DNA from: Macrostomum lignano
Taxonomy: Eukaryota
Assembly (NCBI GenBank): GCA_002269645.1
Contig: NIVC01003243.1
Span: 1 to 64,000, forward strand
Direction: 5' to 3'
Length of the DNA stretch: 64,000 bases
Positions 15,001-64,000 of this stretch are shown here, in pieces; the first letter of the stretch is position 1, and each line of letters begins with the position of its first letter. Position numbers and translations under genes: made by a program. The notes beneath the pieces are model-generated. The model made no database searches and had not been told where the DNA came from. It saw only the letters and a list, made by a program, of their open reading frames with translations.

Positions 15001-15072
15001 CCTGGAAGCTGGAGTGTAGCCTAATGAAGAAGTCTGGAAGCTGGAGTGTAGCCTAATGAAGAAGTCTGGAAG
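1..15072. repeat. 32-bp satellite array (ACTCTGGAAGCTGGAGTGTAGCTTAATGAAGA), runs off the left edge
   Basis: Period of 32 read directly (unit restarts at base 33). Common variants are GCCTAATG, GCTAATG (31 bp) and GCCTTAATG (33 bp). Units diverge more after about 14200 and the array ends near 15072. Confidence 0.99.
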
Positions 15073-15201
15073 CGAGAGCGGGTCCACCAAAGAACGTTAC
15101 GAAGTACACAAAGTACCCAAAAAATGCAGTGTCCCAATCGGTTGCAATTTTTTAAATATGTCTGAAGACTTTCTGAAATGCACGAACGCCAAAAATTGCA
15201 G

Positions 15202-54661
<39,460 letters not shown>

Positions 54662-55421
54662 GCCCGGAAAATTGTCAAAATTGTTATAACAAAAATTCAG
54701 CGCCTATTTGTACTGTTCGATATCGTGAAATAACTTATAAATATTTATTATAATTTTTATGTATTTTACAACACTGCTTTAATGTCATTTTTGTGTTAAT
54801 TGTCTTTTGCGATATTTATCAAATTATATTCCTTTATCTTAGCTTTAGCGAGGGCCGATCGTAGATCTCCGAAGCTAGTATATACCAAAACAGATGCAGC
54901 TAAGAGATTACAATTCCATAACAAGATCAGTCATTTAGGGTTAGTTTTTTATAATTTATTGCTCTCTCTGTGACGGAAAGGGGGATTTAAAATTACGTTA
55001 AATTTATTCGGTATTTTTATCAGAGCACCGACACCGATAAGCTTTTTTAGTGCTTATTATTGTTTGTTTTGTTTAACTGTTTTTTTCCCGTTGTGTCTTT
55101 ATTGGGACTTCCCGTCTTTATCGTGACTAAGTGTTGTTATACTTGTACTGTATAGTAGTTTAGCGCTTATTCTAACCATATTTTTATTCGGCGTTGTTTT
55201 AAACGCCTGCCTGAATGCTACATTTTCTGTGTCATGCTACGAGCTATAAAAACTACAAGCAATGATTTTTCCTATTCATGTCTAGTTTCTCCAAGAAAAG
55301 AAATGCTTCAAATCCAGTTTTTAATATCTGTTTTTAATCGTTTATACTATTAATATAATTTAATACCGACTCACCCATCAATTATTTATAATTTATTAGT
55401 TATTACAAGTTTACCCTCGCT

Positions 55422-55427
55422 AATAAA
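55422..55427 (+). terminator. Candidate polyadenylation signal AATAAA
   Basis: About 760 nt after the stop in AT-rich sequence. Not independently supported. Confidence 0.35.
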
Positions 55428-55827
55428 ATCTGATGAGCAAAGTTTGATTAAAAGTACATCATACAGCATATATACATAATTTATTACTTTCCTCAGCAGT
55501 AACAGTAGGCATCAATGGTTTTTATCTGTTTACTGTCTTCAATCTTTAATGTCAGACAAATTTTTTTTTCAAATCCAGTAAAATTATAAATTTTTTCCTT
55601 TCACGAAAAACGAAAATAGACAAACTAAAACAGACTGCGATTAAAAAAAACCCGAACGATTAATTTCATATTTCCTTAGATTTGGATAAAAGTTATATAT
55701 TATCCTGCATAGCCTTGTCTGACAAGTAAACTACTGACTGTGAATCTGTTTAACCTTATTTTTTACAAAGTGGGTGTGAGTCTTACACATTTTAGTAGCA
55801 TATTTTTAATAGTATTAATGATTCTCG

Positions 55828-56015
55828 GAGGGCTGTGGGAACCCTGGCGCAAACGCCTTCGGCGACGTCGTCTTAACAGCCCAGCGCTGAGGCAATTCTG
55901 CCCATTCCGCTGACTCCTGAGAGCACATACAAGCGCGCCAATACTGTGCACAGGCATGCACTCATGCACACGCACGCTCACACGGGGTGTGAGCGGCCCC
56001 GACTTTCTAATCGTC
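55828..56015 (-). mobile_element. tRNA-derived SINE family copy (3' part)
   Basis: Same conserved body as the copies at 46638 and 60454. Confidence 0.8.
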
Positions 56016-56104
56016 GAGCCAAAGGACTTCTCAAGTAGCGGGACTGTTCTGTTGCACATTTTGTTACACAGTCGGCTAAGAATGATATAATAAATTCATA
56101 AACT

Positions 56105-56390
56105 TTCATAATATTCAATTCATAATATTCATAATATTCATAATATTCATAATATTCATAATATTAATAATATTAATAATATTCATAATATTCATAATAT
56201 TCATAATATTCATAATATTCATAATATTCATAATATTCATAATATTCATAATATTCATAATATTCATAATATTCATAATATTCATAATATTCATCATAAT
56301 ATTCATAATATTCATAATATTCATAATATTCATAATATTCATAATATTCATCATAATATTCATAATATTCATAATATTCATAATATTTTC
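56105..56390. repeat. 9-bp tandem array (CATAATATT)
   Basis: Direct reading. Confidence 0.97.
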
Positions 56391-57148
56391 ATTAAACGTA
56401 GTTTCCCGTCCTTCTATAGTGTGTAGTTGAGTAGTCATTGGCCCGATGATTAGAAAGTCCGGGCTGCATTAGACCAATGGGTCGATCTGTGCCATTTTTA
56501 TTATTTTTAGGCACAGAACATATAATTAACATAGAATCCTATTTTTTTAAACAAAAAGATATATAAATATCACCAATAGAGCAGGTAATACATATCGAAA
56601 GATGACCATTGGGTCTGTCTACTATCAAAATCAATAAAAAAGTAACAACCTGTGGTTTCCCGTCTTTCTGCTTGAGTAGTCCTTGAGTCGGGCATGTACG
56701 CTCTCGCTCTCGATCTGTGCCTTAGGAGCTAGCCCTCATGGTGTTAATCGCATGACAACCCACCTGGCCAATTTTCGAGCACAAGCACCAAATGAATGTG
56801 GCCACGTGCACGCAATCAAAACAGGTGTCGCTTCACCGCACACTGTTTACTCAGAGTTGACCATCGGAGTGAATTGTGCTCAACCGAAAATTTTCTATCT
56901 TCTCTACCTACCATAGGAGGCTCTTCAGGGATTAGCAGAATGTGTGATGCCGACAGCAGAGTACATGTGCGAGTCAAATCAAGTCAGGATGTGTGGTAAC
57001 TGACTCAAACTCATATATTATCAAAGAAGTACATGCAGTCTTCTGAATACGCTCTTGTAAGCTGACAAGCTGTTTTCTTTACGGGCGCACCACTCAAGGA
57101 TGATATATACGAGTAACAACTGGATTGTCAAACTACTCCACCTAAAGG

Positions 57149-57382
57149 TGTTACTTTGTGATGATGGTTCACGAAGGAAACCGGTTTAGTTGTGCAGCAT
57201 TTAGCTACGAATTGGAGTGCTGCAGTTGAGCTGCTCTCTCTACTCACGCTTAGTGTATTTGAGCCTTGCGGCTCTGCTCACTTCAACGAAAAGAGTACCG
57301 CATAACAGTTTCGGCCAGAGAGTATGCACCGTGGTAATAACTAACATAAGATATTTTTTATAAACCGTCTAAGCATCTAACA
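57149..57382 (-). mobile_element. Candidate 3' LTR of the Gypsy element
   Basis: Minus strand reads polypurine tract GGGGAGGAG (57383-57391) then TGTTA. A matching TGTTA on the plus strand at 57149-57153 gives TG...CA ends. The distal boundary is tentative. Confidence 0.5.
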
Positions 57383-57427
57383 CTCCTCCCCAATAGTCTT
57401 TGCACCGGTCACGGTTCAAAATTCAGT

Positions 57428-59088
57428 TCAAGTACCATCCGGTCTTCCAAGAGTTGAGTAATGCAATCTATCAAGCGCTTTTCGGTTGCGCTGACTGCGG
57501 TTGTTCCTCTCGGTCTGTTTTGGCTCCGTTGCATTTCTCTCCGTAGTATCGGCAGTATCTTCGTGTGCGTCCATCAGAGTATCTCCTGTTACAGGTAGAA
57601 TCCTCGGCTTGGTCTGCTCCAGATGGTATCGACCATACTTACCATCGGCCAGTTGCACTCCTACAATAGCCTTGCCCTCATTAGCAACAACATCACCCGG
57701 TTTCCATTTCTCCGTCTCATGCCTGTAGGTCTTAACCCACACCGGTTCCTTAGCCAAAGAGAGTGTCACCGTGCGCAGTAGATGTCCACGCATCAACTCG
57801 GCGGGTGCCTTTCCTGTTGTGGAGTGACGGGAGTTCCGATACTGCAGCAAGAAACGGTCCACACTGATTTGTAGGTCATCTTCGTTTCCGGATGCTCTTG
57901 TGTGGTTTTTTAGGTCTCTCACAAACCTTTCAGCAAGACCGTTAGATCTATTAGGGTGATACGGAGGCATGAGTACATGTCTGCAACCTATTCCTTTAAG
58001 CCATCCTTCCATCTCCACAGAGGTGAACTGAGGACCGTTGTCCGTGCGCTGAGGCTCCCTCTTGCGAAAATGTTTTACGGAAACGCCGAATAGTTTCTGC
58101 CGATGTAGTTACTGCATGTATTACAGTTACTGATGTATTTACTGTGGGCATCAATGAGCAAGAGTAGGTACTTGTCACCCTTAAAAGGTCCGGCATAGTC
58201 TGCGTGCACTCGGCACCACTTCTCTCTTTCTTCTGGCCATGAGGTCCATTGAATCGATGACCCGTGGTCCTTGTTCGCCTGGCAGGCAGCACATCGCTTT
58301 GCATGCAGTGTGACATCCGAGTCAATGCCTGGCCACCAGACGCACTGTCTGGCGATGGACTTCATTTTGTCCGCACCAACGTGGCCTTCGTGAAGTAGTC
58401 CTAGCACCGTTTGACGCTCCTTCTTCGGAATCAATAGTCGCAAACCTCGGTATAAGACACCATGTTCGATCACCAGCTCATCTCGAAATCGTGCGTACGT
58501 CGGCAGTTTCCGAATTCCTTGAGCTGTCCAACCATCCTTAACAAACCAATAGAGCTGCCGCAACTCTTTGTCCATCCGAGACTAGCACCTAAGGTGATCC
58601 TTGTTTATCGGAATGTCGAGCAGACTATCGTGAATGGAGTTGATATCAAACTGCTCGCACTCTGCGATGCTGTTGTTCAATCGTGATAGGGCATCAGCAA
58701 CCGGAATTTCTTCTGATCGTTTGCACTCGATGACACAGTCGTACTCCATGAGAGTGATCGCCTAACGTTGTAGCCTAGCAGCAGCAACCGTAGACAAGGC
58801 CTTTCCCAGGTTGAACAGGAATTACAGTGGGTGATGGTCCGCCCTGAGCACGAACTTGCGTCCTAGCAGATATTTGTGGAGACGTTTAACCGCCCAGACT
58901 ATGGTTACCGCCTCTCTTTTGATCTGTGCATAGTTTCTCTCAGCCTGTGTCAGCAGTGTCTTGGAGATAAATAGAACAGGACCGGGCGACTGCTCTAACA
59001 CGGCTCCTAGACCCACCGGTGATGCATCAGTCGTAAGTATAATATTGTCAGCTGGATCGAATGACTTTAGAAGCCCGGCCGTAGTGGA
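57428..59088 (-). pseudogene. Ty3/Gypsy LTR retrotransposon pol remnant (RNase H and integrase), frameshifted and 5'-truncated
   Basis: RNase H motifs TDASPVGLGAVLEQ, AERNYAQIKREA, ADHHPL. Integrase HHCC HEGHVG...CAACQ and core RVHADYAGPF...TDNGPQF...PYHPNRSNGLAERFV are split over several frames. Confidence 0.93.
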
Positions 59089-60124
59089 GAGATAAATGTG
59101 GGTGTGTTTGCTATATATGTTTGTTTGTTATTATATATGATCCTGGTGTATTTGAAACCTTCCAGCCAATTAGAATGAATGAGGGGATTTGCGGGTCAAA
59201 ATTTAAGCATGCTATAGCACCAGTCTGACAATCCAGTTGTTACATACCAGTATCATCCTTGGTAGCTAGCTGCAATTAAATTAAGATGAAACAATTAAAA
59301 ATTTCTTGCGCTTTCGAAACATTTTTATCAGCCTAGCTATCAGGGTTGCCAAGCGATCGCATTATTATTATGAGTAAAAACTACTTAAAAATTTGCAAAA
59401 AGTCAATTGCGAGTCGTATTAGTTATAATACTCTTTGCGACTACCACATATATTAGTAGAAAGCCGAGGTGAAGTCAATTCAAAGCCGCTCTGTGCTGAG
59501 AACAAAAGTTTACACTTCAATAGGACTATTGGAAGTAGGATTCATAGGAATCAAATATATATGTACCAAGGTACAAGGTATTGATATGATTGTGCATCAT
59601 CAGGTACGATTAATTTGCTCTTACCGCGAGTATACATGTTTACAGAAACTGCTGGCGATGGCATGGCGACTCATAATTTCTTGAGTCACATCCCAACTAC
59701 CCAATAAAATATGTTGTGTCTAATAATATGAGCTACTGCCGGCCTATTAATTATAAATTATAAATTATAATTAATTATAAATTAAAATTAATTATAAATA
59801 ATTTTCATGTCTTAAGACTTCACTTGTGACTTTTTAGAATGTCAGAAGGGCTATGTACTCAAAGGAAGCTACGTACTTTTGTCATGTTAAAACATTTGTT
59901 CCAGGGGGAACTTCTGCCTACATGTATTTATAAATTCGTACTACTTATCACTAAATTAAAACTCTTTCTTAGAAAATTCCGAATTCACTCGATTTCTTAT
60001 AAATCTCGTGGTAGCGACGATATTAGTGCCCGAGCGGTAAGACTGCCTAACTTCCTTAAATAAGTCCGAAAGTACTGCGTTCTACGGGGATCAAGGGTTT
60101 CCAGCAGGGTTTCCAGTTTCCAGC

Positions 60125-60362
60125 GACCTCATCAGTTTCCCTATTCCAGACTCCTATTCTGGGTCTCCACGACCTCAGTTTCCCTATTCCAGACTCCTAT
60201 TCTGGGTCTCCACAACCTCAGTTTCCCTATTCCTTACTCCTATTCTGGGTCTCCACAACCTCAGTTTCCCTATTCCAGACTCCTATTCTGGGTCTCCACG
60301 ACCTCAGTTTCCCTATTCCAGACTCCTATTCTGGGTCTCCACGACCTCAGTTCTCCCTATTC
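60125..60362. repeat. 43-bp tandem array, about 5 copies
   Basis: cagtttccc starts at 60133 and 60176. Confidence 0.93.
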
Positions 60363-60453
60363 TAGAAAAGAACTAACAATGTAAGTCTCTTTAGTAGAGA
60401 TTTCGTTTAGCCTAGAAGACTATAGCTAAGAAAGCATGCAGGTCGGTACTGAA

Positions 60454-60816
60454 TTTTTTTTATTAGAGGCAGGGGGTTGTGTGCACCCTGGCGCACTTTA
60501 AGCGACATAGGCACACAACCGGCGAGAGGCATTACTGCCCATTCCGCCGACTCCCCTGAGCAGGCATACAAGCGCGCGGATACGTACGCAGGCACACACT
60601 CACACAGGAGTGTACAGCGGCCCTAACTTTATATTATCCTTAGGCATGTACACTTCACTGCGCCTTGGGGGGTTGGCTCTCAAGGCCGTTAATTGCACGA
60701 GCAGAGCCAAGCCGAGATTCCAATTCAGCCCCAAATTAATGTGACTGCACTTGGAATCGAGCCTGGGTCGCTGGCACACCAGAGCAGCTGCGCTACCGCT
60801 GGGCTACGGCCCCCCT
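60454..60816 (-). mobile_element. Full-length tRNA-derived SINE (363 bp) with A tail and 13-bp TSD
   Basis: GGTCGGTACTGAA at both 60441-60453 and 60817-60829. A-box-like TAGCCCAGCGG (60796-60806), B-box-like GGCTCGATTCC (60753-60763), T-run on the plus strand from 60454. Confidence 0.92.
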
Positions 60817-61584
60817 GGTCGGTACTGAAAGTAAAGGTTGAGTTTATTTTGGGCTTAGTGGCGTTGTATGTATAGAAATTTGGGAGGGGTAAAGTGCGCT
60901 GCTATTGAATAGTGCTCGTTACAACAAAAATTCGCCAAGATTTAAGCAAGCAAGAATTAAAACAAATGATAATATTCAAACATAAACCTAGAAATTAGCT
61001 GATTGGTTAAGGTGGATAAAATACGAATCTAACTACTAATAGTAATTTAGTTTGAGAAGACCCTGCCTCACATTCAAAATCAATTCGAACACCCTAGATT
61101 TAAACGATGTTTGCAATAGTCTTCCAGTTCACTGCTGCGAGCAGTCAGAATCACAAAAAATAATTAACGCTACTATAAATTACTGCGTATGTTTTCTTTA
61201 AAATATTTCTGATGAAAAATATAGACACTGAATAACCATTTTTGCGTTTCGTTAACACATAAACGCGATAACGCTTTCCTTAAGCAACGTTCAAAGCGTT
61301 GTAAAGCGAACAGTTCAGAAGCGACAGTGTCACTAATAATTTTAGTTTAATATAATAAGCCAAAAATATATTGAATAAGAGACAAGTAAATATACATTTA
61401 AAATCAATCACGACCCTAAGTGTAAAATAACATTATATATTAATAGTTAATGACCTCCGTCAAAATAAAAGCTTCCGCACTTTCCAAGAAATTGTGACAA
61501 AAGATTGTAAACTGAATCAAAATTCGCTGATCAGAACCAAAAAAAACCAAACTTTCGACTGGAGTCGACAGTAAAAAATTGATA

Positions 61585-63980
61585 TTAAATAACATTCAGC
61601 GAAGAAAACTGGATAAATATAGGGATAAAGACAGTTTCACCAGCGCGTTCAAATGCATTGAGCGCCAGCTTCTCCGCAAGCTCTTTGGCGTCGTAGGACA
61701 CCTCACACAAGAGTTTCTCAAAATCAACCTCGCTCTGAGGAAGTTGATATTTTCCAGCAATGTCGTTGGCGTATGTGCTCATGGGAAATCTGACATCATC
61801 CTCAACCATATTCCTCAGTGTGAGCAGTATGTAGAAGCGCATCGGGCTGGACTGTGGGAAAAATCGATTGGATGCCAGGCAGTCGATCGCGATGCCCACC
61901 ACATCGATCGCGATGCCAGAGACAGCTTGTAGCCAAAGTCGGCGGCTCGGGCTAAAAACATCCAAGCACCATCGAACATTGTGCAGACGGCTTTGTCAGT
62001 GAGGAGGCTCAGAGCAGAGAATTCATTGATCGCAAATTTGGTAAAGATGAACTCCAGCATCGGCTCCTCGCACCAGGTGAGAACGATGTAGCCTCTTAGA
62101 CTGGTTTCCAAGCAGCGATTTTTCAGTTCCACCTCACTGGGATTAGAGATGCTGAGTCCCGTTCTGAGAATGACTTCCGAGAATTTGAGGATGCATTGGA
62201 CCGAAAAGCCTAGATCTCGCCTGTCCTCGGCAGACTGCTGAAACTCTTCTGTCTTCGTGTGGCACCAGTCCTGCGCTTCTTTTAACTTGCTGAGTAGGTC
62301 GTGTTGCGGGAACTTTTCTGCAGAATACTTCTGGAGCTCCGTTACAAGTTCGTGGAATTGCGCTAAACGCTCTTCTACAGGACTTTGTGGTTTTTGTTTC
62401 ACATTGCGCTCGTTGGCGTACTTGAGTAGCGTAGCTTGCAGCTCTTCGTTCTCACTCAGCTCGCGCCAGACCTGCGGCCAGTGGACGGTGAATTCTGGCA
62501 GACATTCGTTGGGAAATGACGCCAAGTGAGCTTTAGATTGCTGAATGACCTCCTGGATTGTCTCTCGCTGCTTTGAGAGTTTCTCATCTGTTTGGATTGA
62601 GATCCCACCTTGATCTGGATAATACTTTAATGGGTAGAACCTTCTGACGGGAAAGAGCTGCATCAGCTTCTTGTCTTCTCCGACATCATCCTGAAAGTCA
62701 GAGTCTAATTCCACCGTAGTGGAATTGAGCAGAATTGTTTCATTCCAATCGTCTGCGTAGCGCGCTATGACTTTACTCTTCTTTGCGCGGAGCACCACGC
62801 TGAGCTGTGCTGGACCTCCGCGTTGGAGAAACTTGTCAACATTGCAGGCGAGAAATTTCAGCTTGGCGTAAATAAACTGCTTTGTGATGCTCCGAGAGTC
62901 CACTTCCGAAAGCTCTGGATCAATCAAGCAGTGCAGGATAAAGTGGGTGGATGCAGCAAAGCCAAAGAGGTCCAACAAGAAGTTTCCAGCTGGACAGAAG
63001 CCTTCCTCGAGTTTTTTCTCTTCTGTGCAGTCGCTGCTGTCCAGAGCACCGCTGACGTTGTCGATATTGTCACAAATGTCCAGAAACACGACTTTCTCCT
63101 TCTCCAATACGTACATGACCACTCCGACCTTGAACAGGGTGGCAGCGATCTGGTTCTCCGTGAACTGATAGCCGAAGCCCATGATCTGGTCGTGAATAAA
63201 TGTGGTGGTTCCACTCCGCATGAACCCGCTGACCGCAATCACCTTGAGCCCTTGGGGCAGCTGCCAATCAGCTGGATCTCCCATTTTGTACTTTTGATCC
63301 TTTTCGTCCCACAGAATCAGAGGGACCACTCTGCACAGATTCAACGAAGTGGCGGAGTCGGTAGGTTGCTCAACTGAGAAACTCTCAACTGACGCCTCTG
63401 CTTGCGGATGAATTTTTTCGTCTCGATCATTTTGAAAATGCTTAGGTGTGTCCTTTTCGTCCTTTTCTGTCTCCTTGTTATCAGAGTCAGCAGTGTTCAT
63501 TCCAGAGGGTTGCAAGTCAGCATTTCGTGACTCTCTTCCAATGCCTCCAGAGCTTCGGCTAGCAGCATCACTTGCTGTCCTCGAAGTGGCAGTCTCGAAT
63601 GTTTTAGGCGACGGCATGTGCGCCAACTGCTTGGCTTCGTCCGCTTCTCGTTTGCGTTGCGCTTTGTACTGTAAGAGCTCCATGGTGGAACTGAATATGC
63701 GAGGCACCTTCTCTTTCTTGATGGTTTGCTTAGCTTGTTGGCTTCTTACTTGCATAGCGGCTGGTGGCGGTGGAGGAGGCGGCGGTGAGAGCGTATCACA
63801 AATCACTCCTTCGGGCATGCGAGAACGATTCTTTTTTGAAGTGCCACTTTTGCTTTTAAAAGCTGCTGTGAGATGCGATGAGGCGTCTGAGCCCAAAACG
63901 TAGGTGCTTAAACTTTCAGGATCTTCATGATGAGCAGTCTCTGGCATTGGTGCCGTTGCTTGATTTTCCAGGTCACCCAT
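61585..63980 (-). CDS. Intronless GB1/RHD3 (GBP/atlastin)-like GTPase-fold protein with degenerate P-loop; one-base frameshift near 61916
   Basis: 721-aa ORF with VIAVSGFMRSGTTT, KVGVVMY and VVFLDICD spaced like GBP G1, G2-adjacent and G3 motifs. Coding sequence appears to continue in ORF 61585..61965. Frame stays open to the window edge upstream of the ATG. Confidence 0.6.
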
Positions 63981-64000
63981 CTTTTTGAGCGATTCTCTAG

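Noticed and set aside
1-15072. CRISPR-like regular 32-bp repeats
   Set aside because: No unique spacers, no cas genes, eukaryotic intron context. It is a head-to-tail satellite.
56400-56780. Short degenerate duplications (gtttcccgtc..ttgagtagtc..tcgatctgtgcc) and a match to 46841-46867
   Set aside because: Too short and diverged to define an element; probably fragments of another old repeat.
59341-59351. CAGGGTTGCCA, hAT-like terminal sequence
   Set aside because: I found no matching inverted partner or TSD in the window.
62257-63903. Plus-strand ORFs overlapping the GTPase-like gene
   Set aside because: Antisense shadows of the long minus-strand ORF, with no recognisable motifs.

Overview
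Eukaryotic (metazoan, invertebrate-like) genomic DNA, not prokaryotic. The window is dominated by one + strand, intron-rich gene for a divergent inositol 1,4,5-trisphosphate receptor/ryanodine receptor superfamily Ca2+ release channel (ITPR-like). I traced 38 phase-consistent coding exons plus one uncertain exon from 15202 to the stop at 54659-54661. That is about 2,365 aa inside the window; the 5' exons lie upstream of it. Bases 1-15072 are a 32-bp satellite that must sit inside an intron of this gene, and most larger introns carry their own, different tandem array. The channel has a non-canonical filter (RFGLIGD instead of GGGVGD/GGGIGD) and substitutions at IP3- and Ca2+-binding positions. 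One intron hides a coding-like 100-aa ORF with a hydrophobic C-terminus. Mobile DNA includes a tRNA-derived SINE family (one complete copy with a 13-bp TSD), a hAT-type MITE carrying a minisatellite, a deleted Tc1/mariner derivative and a decayed Ty3/Gypsy element. At the right end, on the - strand, is an intronless GBP/atlastin-like (GB1/RHD3) GTPase-fold gene with a degenerate P-loop and a one-base frameshift. The style of the sequence suggests a repeat-rich flatworm such as Macrostomum in a long-read assembly, but that is an unverified guess. All family assignments are by eye and from memory; no searches were run.
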